This document shows, piece by piece, positions 49,124 through 58,817 of a stretch of DNA of 64,000 nt. The notes beneath the pieces were generated by a model that was not told the origin of the DNA, did no database searches, and saw only the letters and a program-made list of their open reading frames with translations. The stretch is from Lachnospiraceae bacterium. GTDB taxonomy: Bacteria; Bacillota; Clostridia; Lachnospirales; Lachnospiraceae. The first letter of the stretch is position 1, and each line of letters opens with the position of its first letter. The stretch is from positions 4,727-68,726 of the forward strand of contig JAHZAV010000010.1 in the NCBI GenBank assembly GCA_019423745.1, read 5' to 3'. A program made the position numbers and the translations under genes.

Positions 49124-50236
49124 ATGATTATGAAGAAGAGGGTTATAGCAGCCTTTTTATGTATGGCTATGGCAGCATCTATGCTGGCGGGGTGTGGTTC
49201 AAATGCATCTACAGATGAGGATAACTCACAGAAGTCTACAGATGAGTCGACAGATAAGAGTGCAGAAGATAAAGAAGTAGAAGCAGTAGAGACAAAAACA
49301 GTTTATGTAACTCCAGAATGGGTGAACAGTGCGCTGAATGGAGAGCAGGAAGGATACGAAGATATCTTAATTGCAGAAGTGGGATATGGTGACGTGGCAG
49401 ACTGTGCATCTTACAATGAAGGTCATGTTCCTGGAGCTATTTACTTAGATAATTGTGAAGTGGAAGACGCTACAGGAAGTGAAGAGGGGGCGTACAATCT
49501 TCTGCCAGTGGATGAGGTTGTAGAAAATATGTTAAACCATGGCATCACAAAGGATACAAAAGTTGTTCTTTATGGTGCTGATGTCAGTGGTACAGCAAGA
49601 CAGGCGTTTGCCTATCTCTGGGCAGGCGTAGAAGATGTCAAGATTATCAATGGCGGTATTAGCGCATGGGAAAATGCCGGATATGATACAGAGACAGATG
49701 TAAATGAAGGAAAGGCTGCAGAGGATTTTAGTACAGATACCCCAGCGCATCCAGAGTATCGTCTTGACATTGAAGATGTAAAGGAGAAACTCGAAAGTGA
49801 TGATAATTTTAAACTTGTCAGCATCCGTAGTGAAGAAGAGTGGCTTGGTGAATCGAGCGGATACAACTATATGGATAAAGCTGGTGAACCAAAAGGTGCT
49901 GTATGGGGCAAAGGATCTGAGACATCAGCAGATGTAAATGGTTTTCTTAACGATGACGGAACAGTGAAAGATCTAGCAGGATTCGAAGAAGTATGGGAAG
50001 ATTGTGACTTTACATTGGATAATGAGCTTTCTTTTTACTGTGGTACAGGGTGGAGAGCTTGCGTTCCATTCCTTGTTCTTTATGAAAATGGTTATGAAAA
50101 TATTTCTGTATATGATGGCGGATGGTATGAATGGCTGATGCATGATGATTATCCGGTACAGGTGGGAGATCCTGCAAGCGATGATTGTGTATACACTACA
50201 GTTGGAGAACTTCCAACGGGAAAAGCTGCTAAATAA
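49124..50236 (+). CDS. Tandem-rhodanese sulfurtransferase lipoprotein (YnjE-like)
   Basis: Lipobox LAGC; GHVPGAI, INGGISAW, active loop FYCGTGWRA, YDGGWYEW; very acidic. Confidence 0.85.
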   Translation: MIMKKRVIAAFLCMAMAASMLAGCGSNASTDEDNSQKSTDESTDKSAEDKEVEAVETKTVYVTPEWVNSALNGEQEGYEDILIAEVGYGDVADCASYNEGHVPGAIYLDNCEVEDATGSEEGAYNLLPVDEVVENMLNHGITKDTKVVLYGADVSGTARQAFAYLWAGVEDVKIINGGISAWENAGYDTETDVNEGKAAEDFSTDTPAHPEYRLDIEDVKEKLESDDNFKLVSIRSEEEWLGESSGYNYMDKAGEPKGAVWGKGSETSADVNGFLNDDGTVKDLAGFEEVWEDCDFTLDNELSFYCGTGWRACVPFLVLYENGYENISVYDGGWYEWLMHDDYPVQVGDPASDDCVYTTVGELPTGKAAK

Positions 50237-50249
50237 TATGTAGATTGAG

Positions 50250-50294
50250 AAAATAAAATGCTGCGTTCAAGTAATATTGCAGCATTTTATTTTT
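50250..50294 (+). terminator. Terminator after the sulfurtransferase gene
   Basis: AAAATAAAATGCTGC...GCAGCATTTTATTTT. Confidence 0.75.
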
Positions 50295-50353
50295 CTTGAA
50301 TCAGGGAAATTTATTTCGAATTCTATAAAATTACAGGGGTATATATAGAATAT

Positions 50354-50800
50354 ATGGAGAATATTATGAAAAAAATAGTATATATTTTGATGCTCATATT
50401 TGAGTGTGCTGCTCTTAGTGGAGCTTATATTATACACTATTTTACAAAACGAAAACTGGGAATGGTCAGGTATCTGAACTATAAGAATATGGTATGGGAG
50501 AGGGACTATCCTGTGGATACTATAAAAACAATATGTGTAGTATTAATTGCAGCGGTGAGCGTGTTCGTTCTTTTTCACTTTCTGAAAAAAAGGAAGGAAG
50601 TTTCTCTGTTTTCAGGTGTTATGAATGGTCTTATGATTGCTCTGACGATGCTGTACGGGGGATATACACTTACAAGTACCATAGATACTATGGCAGATTA
50701 TTATTTTATCAGTATTCTTTTTCTTTTGGCAGTTGTAATTCAAATTGTTATAACAGGTATTTCAGTGTTCACAACAAAAGAACAAAAGGTGGGAAATTAG
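50354..50800 (+). CDS. Hypothetical membrane protein (about 4 TM)
   Basis: 148-aa ORF with four hydrophobic segments; no family recognised. Confidence 0.7.
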   Translation: MENIMKKIVYILMLIFECAALSGAYIIHYFTKRKLGMVRYLNYKNMVWERDYPVDTIKTICVVLIAAVSVFVLFHFLKKRKEVSLFSGVMNGLMIALTMLYGGYTLTSTIDTMADYYFISILFLLAVVIQIVITGISVFTTKEQKVGN

Positions 50801-50831
50801 AGATTTTGTTTTGGGTAATCACATATTTTTT

Positions 50832-50888
50832 AATTTTGACACGTAACAATCTTTAAAAGTGTTACGTGTCAAATTGCGTAAAGTGGTG
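50832..50888 (+). repeat. Palindromic element, copy C
   Basis: AATTTTGACACGTAACA-atctttaaaag-TGTTACGTGTCAAATTGC-gtaaagt-GGTG. Confidence 0.85.
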
Positions 50889-50901
50889 GCTTAAATTGTA
50901 A

Positions 50902-51483
50902 TTAGTGGTGAGATTTTTTGAGTTCCTGATATAATCTTGCGATAGGTAATCCAACTACATTGTTATAATCACCGTTTATTTTCTTTATATGAATGGCGAA
51001 ATTCCCTTGTATTCCATAAGCGCCGGCTTTATCCATAGGATCACCAGTAGCAATATACTGTTTTAGTTCTTCTCGTGAAATAGGATAGAAGGTGACTTCT
51101 GTACATTCATAGAAATTACAGGTTTTATAGATGCCTTTTTGGCGAGACAGGAGGGAAACGCCTGTATATACCTGATGGGTTCGGTCAGCAAGCATGGAAA
51201 GTATATCCATGGCTTCGTTTTCGTCTTGAGGTTTTCCCAAGATTTCGCCGCGATAAACAACTACTGTATCGGCACCGATGACTGTAAAATCTCCATTGAT
51301 GGAATGGACAAGTTTTTTATATACATCGTCTGCCTTTTGAAAAGCCAGTTCTGTAACTGCCGCTGCAGGATCTTCTTCGGTAATTTCTTCTTCGGTGTCA
51401 GATGGGTAAACTTCAAAGTCTATGCCTGCCTGTGTTAATAGCTCTCTTCGGCGGGGAGAGGCAGATGCAAGTATATATTTCAT
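50902..51483 (-). CDS. maf: Maf family nucleoside triphosphate pyrophosphatase
   Basis: ILASASPRRRELL, GADTVV, ILGKP, DKAGAYGIQG, NVVGLP. Confidence 0.95.
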   Translation of the reverse strand: MKYILASASPRRRELLTQAGIDFEVYPSDTEEEITEEDPAAAVTELAFQKADDVYKKLVHSINGDFTVIGADTVVVYRGEILGKPQDENEAMDILSMLADRTHQVYTGVSLLSRQKGIYKTCNFYECTEVTFYPISREELKQYIATGDPMDKAGAYGIQGNFAIHIKKINGDYNNVVGLPIARLYQELKKSHH

Positions 51484-51585
51484 AATATTTAACCTCATTC
51501 TTTCTTGATTTTTAGGCAAACTCTAACGGGCTTTATTCTTGCCAACTGAAGAGTTGTCCCCTATAATGTCTATTATAAGATAAAA

Positions 51586-52149
51586 ATGAAAGAGAGGGAA
51601 TACCCTGTGTATATCAGTGAGATTACAACGACGGTGCCTGAAAACGTAAAGGAAAGAGCACCATTGGAACAAGAAGTGTATAAGGTTTTTACAAAATTAG
51701 GAATTAAATTTGAGCGAGTTGACAATGATGCAGCCTCTTCTATGGAGGAATGTGCAGAAATTGGAGAAGTATTTCAGGCTCCGGTTCGCAAGGATGTTTT
51801 TTTGTGTAATCAAAAAAAGACGTCATTCTTTCTGCTATTAATGCCGGATGATAAGGCTTTTGATACTGCGTCTTTCAGTAAAAAACTTGGAGTTTCTCAT
51901 ATGTCTTTTGCGCCTCCGGAACTAATGGTAAAACATATAGGATGTACGCCGGGATCTGCCAGTGTGGTAGGCCTTTTAAATGATGAGGATGATTATGTTC
52001 AGTTAATTATTGATAAGGAAGTAGCAGAAGCGGAATGGTTTGTATGTAATACCGGAATTAATACGACTCATTTAAAATTTAAAACTCAGGATTTATTAAA
52101 GAAATTTTTACCTTATACTCATCACAGACCGCGGATTGTTGATTTGTAA
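51586..52149 (+). CDS. YbaK/ProX aminoacyl-tRNA editing domain protein
   Basis: KDVFLCN, MSFA, GCTPGSASVVGLLND; TTGCCA-17-TATAAT promoter upstream. Confidence 0.85.
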   Translation: MKEREYPVYISEITTTVPENVKERAPLEQEVYKVFTKLGIKFERVDNDAASSMEECAEIGEVFQAPVRKDVFLCNQKKTSFFLLLMPDDKAFDTASFSKKLGVSHMSFAPPELMVKHIGCTPGSASVVGLLNDEDDYVQLIIDKEVAEAEWFVCNTGINTTHLKFKTQDLLKKFLPYTHHRPRIVDL

Positions 52150-52160
52150 GAAATGAATAT

Positions 52161-52225
52161 AAAACAGCAGAGCTGGTGTAGACAGATATATTTTATAACT
52201 GCCTATCAATCAGCTCTGCTGTTTT
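52161..52225. terminator. Bidirectional terminator
   Basis: AAAACAGCAGAGCTG...CAGCTCTGCTGTTTT between convergent genes. Confidence 0.8.
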
Positions 52226-53353
52226 TTATAAGGATACTTTTACATCGATACCATTTACTTCCACCTGATCATCTACAGGAATAACAAGGCATTTTCGTCC
52301 ATTTACCATTTGAATATCTACCAGATCTGTTCGCTCAGGGTTGACATTGATCACAACATCCGGTGTTTTGATATTAAATTTTTTCGTGTTTGTAAGATTG
52401 GAAGCAAGAAGAGAAGTCTTAGCGCCTACTGTTTCGTCAAAGTCCTTATCGAAGTCTTCCAGCTTATCATCGGATACTCCACTTAAGGAAAATAACCGTT
52501 TCATTTCCTGTTTTCCCAGTTCAAGAGGTTCTTCAGCATCTGCATTTTCCTCAATTAAAGTATTCAGATTTTCGTGGATATTTCGGATTACTGTGTATTC
52601 GCAGTCCTCTCCCAGAGTTTCTTCGATGACGGCCTGAAAGGATTCTTTCTGACTTCCAGCGCTCATAACTTCTGTGCAGCCCAGCACCTGTTCAAGAAAA
52701 GTATCTTGAAGTTCTTCCGGTTTTTTGGAATAATATAAAACACTATGTATATCATCAGCACGGTCATGGAAAGCAGGGAAGAGAAAACCGTTAACAGGCA
52801 CATTGACAATCCAGTCACGAATACGATCTTCAATGCTGTTATGTTCTGCATTGTAGCATAGACCTGCCTTGGAAAGATTTACCGGGCAGATACTACATAA
52901 AATGTAATCATAGACAGAATCGGAAGCGTCAAACATTTCCATACCGTCAGAAGCTTTTCCAGGGACGTCATATGCGGCGTGAATCAATAAGATAAGATAA
53001 TGCTCCGCAAAGTCATAGTTTTCAATAACTTTGTCGTAAAATTCAGAAAGAAGCATATCATCCGTAAGACGGCTGTCTCGAAGCTGCAGAAGAAATTCCT
53101 GGGTACCTCCAGCTTTTTCCTGATTCAGTGGGAATTCCATATTGATTAGATTTTTTCCTACAGTTCCGGAAAGTGTTTTCTTAAAAATATCAAAGTATTT
53201 AAAAGCTTCTTCTTCTGGAAGAGAAAGAAAAGCTTCTTTAAATTCCAGCTTTTTTTCTTTGTCCCCATTTACATAGCATCCGCAGATTCTTGTAATAGCA
53301 CAGTTTTGCGGAGAAAATTGCTTGCGAATTTCAAGAACTTCCTTTTTATTCAT
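52226..53353 (-). CDS. DUF4317 family protein
   Basis: MNKKEVLEIRKQF...RICGCYV, YILCSICPV, GFLFPAF, VEVNGI. Confidence 0.8.
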   Translation of the reverse strand: MNKKEVLEIRKQFSPQNCAITRICGCYVNGDKEKKLEFKEAFLSLPEEEAFKYFDIFKKTLSGTVGKNLINMEFPLNQEKAGGTQEFLLQLRDSRLTDDMLLSEFYDKVIENYDFAEHYLILLIHAAYDVPGKASDGMEMFDASDSVYDYILCSICPVNLSKAGLCYNAEHNSIEDRIRDWIVNVPVNGFLFPAFHDRADDIHSVLYYSKKPEELQDTFLEQVLGCTEVMSAGSQKESFQAVIEETLGEDCEYTVIRNIHENLNTLIEENADAEEPLELGKQEMKRLFSLSGVSDDKLEDFDKDFDETVGAKTSLLASNLTNTKKFNIKTPDVVINVNPERTDLVDIQMVNGRKCLVIPVDDQVEVNGIDVKVSL

Positions 53354-53483
53354 ATATAAAAACCCCTTTTCATTTACCTGTTTTTCCCTTTTGTACAGGG
53401 AAAATGACAGGAATAATCTTAGCATATTGAAGATAAATTTACAATATATTGTTACCAGACGACTAGGCTAAGGAGAGATAAGA

Positions 53484-54701
53484 ATGAAAAGAGTCCTGGC
53501 AGCGCTGGTATGCACATTCTTGTTCATACAGCAGACAGGCACAGTTTGGGCAGAGGATGCTCTGCAGTTTGAAGAAGAAATGAATTCGATACAAAATGCA
53601 GAGGGTACAGAAGGAAAGGAAGATAAAATAAGTGCTCCATCAGCGATTTTGATGGAGGCTTCCACTGGAAAGGTAATTTATGAGAAAAATGCAGATGAGC
53701 AGCGACATCCTGCAAGTGTTACAAAGATTATGACACTTCTTCTTATTTTTGATGCATTGGAGGAAGGAAAAATTGCTTTGGAAGATAAGGTTACCGTTTC
53801 TGAATATGCAGCGTCAATGGGAGGATCACAAGTTTTTTTAGAACCGGGAGAAGAACAGACGGTTGAAACGATGATTAAGTGCATTGCGGTTGCCAGCGCA
53901 AATGACGCATCTGTAGCTATGGCAGAATTTGTATGGGGAAGCGAAGAAGAATTTGTGAAGCAGATGAATGAGAGAGCAAAAGATTTGGGAATGAATCAGA
54001 CTTGTTTTGTAAACTGTAATGGGCTGGATACAGAAGGACATCTGACAACAGCAAGAGATATCGCACTTATGTCCAGGGAATTGATTCTTACATATCCACA
54101 GATTCGGGATTATTCTACAATATGGATGGAAAATATTACACATACTACAGCGAAAGGGAGCAGTGATTTTGGGCTTGCGAATACAAATAAACTGATTCGG
54201 CAGTATGCATATGCGACAGGGCTTAAAACTGGATCAACAGGAGAAGCAGGTTTTTGCATGTCAGCAACAGCTGAAAAGAATCAAATGCAGATGATTGCTG
54301 TTGTTATGGGAGCCAAGGATTCAAAATCAAGATTTCAAGATGCAGTTACTTTGCTGGATCATGGCTTTGCATCCTGTGTAAAGTATACAGATGATGGATT
54401 AGAAGAAATTGATCCAATCAGGGTGGAAGGTGGAATGCAGGAAAAAGTTAATGTAAAACAAAAGGAAGCATTTTCTTATATTGATATACAAGGAGCAGAT
54501 TTGACTGCAATTGAAAAAAATTATCAGACGGCAGATGAATTGAAAGCGCCTGTAAGAGCAGGTGATAAAGCAGGAAGTGTCATCTATACTTTGGAAGGAA
54601 AGCACATTGGCAGTATTGATATTATTACAGTGGAAAATGTAGGAGAAGCGACTTATATCAGTGTACTTGAAAAGGTCCTGGCAGCCTTTTTTTCTGCATA
54701 A
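53484..54701 (+). CDS. dacF: D-alanyl-D-alanine carboxypeptidase (DacF-like)
   Basis: Signal peptide; PASVTK, SANDA, KTG; MGGSQVFLEPGE. Confidence 0.82.
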   Translation: MKRVLAALVCTFLFIQQTGTVWAEDALQFEEEMNSIQNAEGTEGKEDKISAPSAILMEASTGKVIYEKNADEQRHPASVTKIMTLLLIFDALEEGKIALEDKVTVSEYAASMGGSQVFLEPGEEQTVETMIKCIAVASANDASVAMAEFVWGSEEEFVKQMNERAKDLGMNQTCFVNCNGLDTEGHLTTARDIALMSRELILTYPQIRDYSTIWMENITHTTAKGSSDFGLANTNKLIRQYAYATGLKTGSTGEAGFCMSATAEKNQMQMIAVVMGAKDSKSRFQDAVTLLDHGFASCVKYTDDGLEEIDPIRVEGGMQEKVNVKQKEAFSYIDIQGADLTAIEKNYQTADELKAPVRAGDKAGSVIYTLEGKHIGSIDIITVENVGEATYISVLEKVLAAFFSA

Positions 54702-54751
54702 ACTTTACAATTACTAAGAAATAATTATATAATCAATATAAAGCATTGAGC

Positions 54752-54787
54752 AAAAGGAGAAGGCGTAAGAAGCGTTTTTCTCCTTTT
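54752..54787 (+). terminator. Terminator hairpin between dacF and deoC
   Basis: AAAAGGAGAAGGCG...CGTTTTTCTCCTTTT. Confidence 0.65.
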
Positions 54788-54828
54788 CTATGTACCGGTG
54801 CTGAAGAAAAGGCAAAGGAGAGGTCAAA

Positions 54829-55479
54829 ATGAATATTGCTACAATGATTGACCATACAATACTGAAACCGGAGGCCGGTAAAAAGCAGATAGAAAAGATT
54901 TGCCTGGAGGCCAAGGAATACGGCTTTGCATCCGTGTGTGTAAACTCGTCTTATGTACCATTTTGTGCAGAACTTTTGAAGGATACAGAAGTTAAGGTAT
55001 GTACAGTAATTGGTTTTCCGCTGGGAGCAATGTCTACTGCTGCAAAAGTGGCTGAAGCCCATCAGGCAATTCTTGATGGAGCAAAAGAGCTTGATATGGT
55101 GATTCATATCGGGATGCTGAAAGATGGAAATGATGATTATGTGGAGCAGGATATCCGTTCTATTGTAGAGGAAGCGAAAGGAAAGGCAGCTGTTAAAGTG
55201 ATTATTGAAACCTGTCTGCTGACAGAAGAAGAAAAAATCAGAGCCTGCTTGTTGGCAAAAAGAGCAGGTGCGGATTTTGTGAAAACATCTACGGGATTTT
55301 CTACAGGCGGTGCAGTGGCAGAAGATATTTCTCTCATGAAAAAGGCAGTGGGAAATGAGATGCAAGTAAAAGCTTCTGGAGGAATTCGAACCAGGGAGAA
55401 GGCGGAGGAAATGATAAAAGCAGGTGCAAAACGGATCGGAACAAGTTCAGGAATCCAGATTGTGGAGGAAACAAAATGA
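54829..55479 (+). CDS. deoC: Deoxyribose-phosphate aldolase
   Basis: [47 protein letters not shown]. Confidence 0.96.
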   Translation: MNIATMIDHTILKPEAGKKQIEKICLEAKEYGFASVCVNSSYVPFCAELLKDTEVKVCTVIGFPLGAMSTAAKVAEAHQAILDGAKELDMVIHIGMLKDGNDDYVEQDIRSIVEEAKGKAAVKVIIETCLLTEEEKIRACLLAKRAGADFVKTSTGFSTGGAVAEDISLMKKAVGNEMQVKASGGIRTREKAEEMIKAGAKRIGTSSGIQIVEETK

Positions 55480-56342
55480 AAAATTTTGTTGCGGGAGCAA
55501 TAGCACTATGTGCTTTGGCGGGTGTTGAGGTCATTCGGGAACTTCATTCTTTTCAAGTGCGCCGTTATAGGATTCCTCTTTCAGAGATGAAAAAAGAGGA
55601 GAAAGTGAAAATTCTTTTTTTGACAGATCTTCACGGAAAACAGTATGGAAAAGGCAATATAAAATTAATAAATAAAATCTGTGAAGAAGCTCCGGATTAT
55701 ATATTCATTGGCGGAGATATGCTGACAAGAAGAAAAGAGGAAACTGAGCAGACAGTAATGCGGTTTTTGGAGGAGATCGTACATATTTGTCCGGTTTATA
55801 TGGCTAATGGGAATCATGAGCAGAAAATGAAAGAAAAACCAGAATATTATGGAGCCCGTTATGAAAGATATCGAGATGCAGTGAAAGAGACAGGGATACA
55901 TCTTTTGGAAAATGATTCTGTCAGACTTATGTTTGGACAGCAGCCGGTGAGAGTTACAGGACTGGAAATTCCATTGACGTGTTACAAACGCATGAAAAAG
56001 GAAAACTTACCCATTTCGCAGATTGTAGATTTAGTTGGTAATGCCGGCAAAGAAGAATATCAGATTCTTCTTGCACACAATCCGGCCTGTATGTGGCAGT
56101 ACTGGAAGTGGGGAGCAGATTTGGTACTGTCTGGGCATCTTCACGGAGGGATTGTACGAATTCCAGGGATTGGCGGTGTAATTACTCCCCAGTTTAAACT
56201 CTTTCCAAAGTATTCAGGAGATATGTATCAAAAAGACGGGCATATTTCCGTTGTCAGTAAAGGGCTTGGAACCCACACGGTTAATGTCCGTCTTTTTAAT
56301 CCGGCAGAATTGACTGCCATAACTTTTTATGGAGATATATAG
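55476..56342 (+). CDS. Metallophosphoesterase (YkuE-like)
   Basis: TDLH, GGDM, GNHE, LAHNP, SGHLHGG. Confidence 0.9.
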   Translation: MKNFVAGAIALCALAGVEVIRELHSFQVRRYRIPLSEMKKEEKVKILFLTDLHGKQYGKGNIKLINKICEEAPDYIFIGGDMLTRRKEETEQTVMRFLEEIVHICPVYMANGNHEQKMKEKPEYYGARYERYRDAVKETGIHLLENDSVRLMFGQQPVRVTGLEIPLTCYKRMKKENLPISQIVDLVGNAGKEEYQILLAHNPACMWQYWKWGADLVLSGHLHGGIVRIPGIGGVITPQFKLFPKYSGDMYQKDGHISVVSKGLGTHTVNVRLFNPAELTAITFYGDI

Positions 56343-56348
56343 ATACCA

Positions 56349-57227
56349 TTAAGGTGTATGAACCCGAAATACTCCTACACCCAGAGCACCTGGGCCTGTA
56401 TGACATCCAATACTCATAGTAAGGGGATAGTGGATGATTTCCATATCTGGGAAATATTCTTGAAAACGTTCCTGCCAGGAAGAAAATTCTTCATCAGACA
56501 TCAAAGTTTCTGCCATGCCGATTTTCAGGAGACCTTGCTCTTTCAGGGGAAGAAAGCGAGTGTTGATATCGTTTTTGACTGCTTTGCACATGGCACGAAA
56601 GGCAGATTTCATGCCCCTTACCTTTGTGAAAGCATCCAATTTGTCCCCCTGAATGGTAAGAACAGGTTTTAAATTTAATACTGTTCCGACAGCGGCGGCG
56701 GCGGGGGTGACTCTGCCGCCCTTTTTCAGATATTCTAAAGTATCTACAGCAATGTAAATGCTTGCATCCAGAGCTTCCTGCTCCAGAATCTCCTTGATCT
56801 GTCTGCCGGACATTCCTGTTGCAGCAAGATTGCAGGCATCTAAAACAGATTGTACCTGTGTGACAGAAATTCGATGATTGTCCACTACGTGTACCCGGCC
56901 TGCGAAAGGCTGCTCAGAAGCCAGCATGGCTGCATTGTCGCATGAATTAGAAAGTCCGCTGGACATAGGGATATATACAATTTCATCATATGATTTCAAA
57001 AGGGAGGACCACATGTTAATTACATCACCTGGAGAGGGGAGAGAAGTGCTAATGGCAGATCCTCCAGAAAGTTTCTGATAGAAAGTATCTGTTGTAATAC
57101 TGGTTCCCTCAAAAAAAATGCCTCCGTCAATAAGGACTGGCATAGGAATAATATGGATATTTGGTCGCGGTTCACTGCCTGGCATAATTCCGCAGTTACT
57201 ATCTGTCATGATTGCTATTTCTGACAT
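56349..57227 (-). CDS. DegV family fatty-acid-binding protein
   Basis: TDS, TSLPS, MSSGLS, LEYLKKGGR, LNLKPVL, HTGPG. Confidence 0.92.
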   Translation of the reverse strand: MSEIAIMTDSNCGIMPGSEPRPNIHIIPMPVLIDGGIFFEGTSITTDTFYQKLSGGSAISTSLPSPGDVINMWSSLLKSYDEIVYIPMSSGLSNSCDNAAMLASEQPFAGRVHVVDNHRISVTQVQSVLDACNLAATGMSGRQIKEILEQEALDASIYIAVDTLEYLKKGGRVTPAAAAVGTVLNLKPVLTIQGDKLDAFTKVRGMKSAFRAMCKAVKNDINTRFLPLKEQGLLKIGMAETLMSDEEFSSWQERFQEYFPDMEIIHYPLTMSIGCHTGPGALGVGVFRVHTP

Positions 57228-57246
57228 AAAAATCTCCTTTTGACTG

Positions 57247-57295
57247 TAATTTTAACAGGTGTTAAAATTATAGCAAAAGGATTACAGAATCTCAA
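57247..57295 (-). promoter_or_regulatory. degV promoter with TetR-type operator
   Basis: Minus strand TTGAGA-17-TATAAT; palindrome TAATTTTAACA-GG-TGTTAAAATTA (57247-57270). Confidence 0.65.
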
Positions 57296-57348
57296 TTGAC
57301 AAAACCTGTTATTTGTAAGCTATTTATACAGAATGAGGAAAGTGTAAA

Positions 57349-57933
57349 ATGGAAGATAAACGAATCACAAAAACAAAAAAGAATTTAAAAAATATGTTAA
57401 TCGCTATGCTGGCAGAGCGGCCTTTTGAAAAAATTTCTATTACTGAACTTTGCAGCCGTGCAGAAATCAGCAGAATTACTTTTTATTCCCATTACAGCGA
57501 TAAATATGCTCTCGTAGATGAAATATTTCAGGATATGGTAGAACTTGGTACAAAAGAATATGAAAAAAAGCAAAATGAAACAAATTCTGGCCGTAATGAA
57601 ATAAAAAGTTATTGTAATATTCTGGATACAATTATGGAACTGTATTATGGGCATTTCGACTTTTTCCATCATACAGCCCCTGATAAAAACCCCTACCTTG
57701 CTTTTGCCTTTTATAATATTGTACTGGAAACGGTGGAGAGACATACGAGACGTATGGAACCACGCACCCATCTGAAATATTCTGCTAAAAAGATTGCAGG
57801 ATTTCTTTGCTATGGAATGATTGGTTTTATTAACGAAAGCCACGAGGAAAAAGTCCCAGTGGCTCAGATACGGGAAGATGCAAAAAGTTTATTGGTGGGA
57901 GTCCTTAGTTCCAAAGCGCTGATTCGTCTGTAG
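57349..57933 (+). CDS. TetR/AcrR family regulator
   Basis: EDKRITKTK...ISITELCSRAEISRITFYSHYSDK. Confidence 0.9.
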   Translation: MEDKRITKTKKNLKNMLIAMLAERPFEKISITELCSRAEISRITFYSHYSDKYALVDEIFQDMVELGTKEYEKKQNETNSGRNEIKSYCNILDTIMELYYGHFDFFHHTAPDKNPYLAFAFYNIVLETVERHTRRMEPRTHLKYSAKKIAGFLCYGMIGFINESHEEKVPVAQIREDAKSLLVGVLSSKALIRL

Positions 57934-58036
57934 AGCAGCAGGTGTTTTGCAGTCTTGTCCTGCCTTAAGAAAAAAATATTGTACAAAGACAAAAAGTCCG
58001 ATATAATAGGATAGTTAGAAAAAGGGCGGAGGATTT

Positions 58037-58789
58037 ATGGGTATACCGGTTAAGCTTCAGGTGTTTGAAGGTCCGCTTGACCTTCTCCTGCATCTGATTG
58101 ATAAAAATAAAATTGATATCTATGACATACCGATTGTAGAGATTACAAATCAATATATGGAATATATTCAAGCTATGGAAAAGGAAGACCTTAATGTTAT
58201 GAGTGAATTCCTTCTCATGGCTGCTACGCTTCTGGATATAAAATGCCGTATGCTGCTGCCGAAAGAGATTAATGAAGAGGGACAGGAGGAAGACCCCAGA
58301 CAGGAACTGGTTGAACAACTTCTCCAGTACAAAATGTATAAATATATGTCTTATGAGCTTCGTGACAGACAAGTGGAGGGGGAAAGGGCACTGTACCGAG
58401 AAGCGGATATTCCGGAAGAAGTTCAAAGTTATGTGGAGCCGGTGGATTTGGATGAGCTTTTGAAAGATTTGACCTTAGCCAAGTTAAATCGCATATTTAA
58501 AGATGTTATGCGCAGGCAAGATGAGAAAATTGACCCAATACGAAGCAGTTTTGGAAAGATAGAAAAAGAAGAAGTGTCACTTCCGGAAAAACTGGATTAT
58601 GTGGAAGAATATGCGGAAAAACATGCCACATTTAGTTTTAGGCAGCTTTTGATGAAACAAAGATCAAAAGTGCAGCTTGTGGTGACATTTCTGGCTGTTT
58701 TGGAATTAATGAAAACCGGAAAAATAAAAATAGAACAGAAACAGCCATTTGATGATATTTTTATTACATCGATGGTATGTCAGCAGTAA
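58037..58789 (+). CDS. scpA: Segregation and condensation protein A
   Basis: FEGPLDLLLHLI, EFLLMAATL, EDPR, VTFLAVLELMK. Confidence 0.95.
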   Translation: MGIPVKLQVFEGPLDLLLHLIDKNKIDIYDIPIVEITNQYMEYIQAMEKEDLNVMSEFLLMAATLLDIKCRMLLPKEINEEGQEEDPRQELVEQLLQYKMYKYMSYELRDRQVEGERALYREADIPEEVQSYVEPVDLDELLKDLTLAKLNRIFKDVMRRQDEKIDPIRSSFGKIEKEEVSLPEKLDYVEEYAEKHATFSFRQLLMKQRSKVQLVVTFLAVLELMKTGKIKIEQKQPFDDIFITSMVCQQ

Positions 58790-58817
58790 GGCTGAGGATA
58801 GAAAGGGAAGTATAAAA

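Noticed and set aside
8246..50888. Palindromic copies as a CRISPR array or IS ends
   Set aside because: Copies are kilobases apart with no regular spacers, cas genes, transposase or visible target-site duplications.
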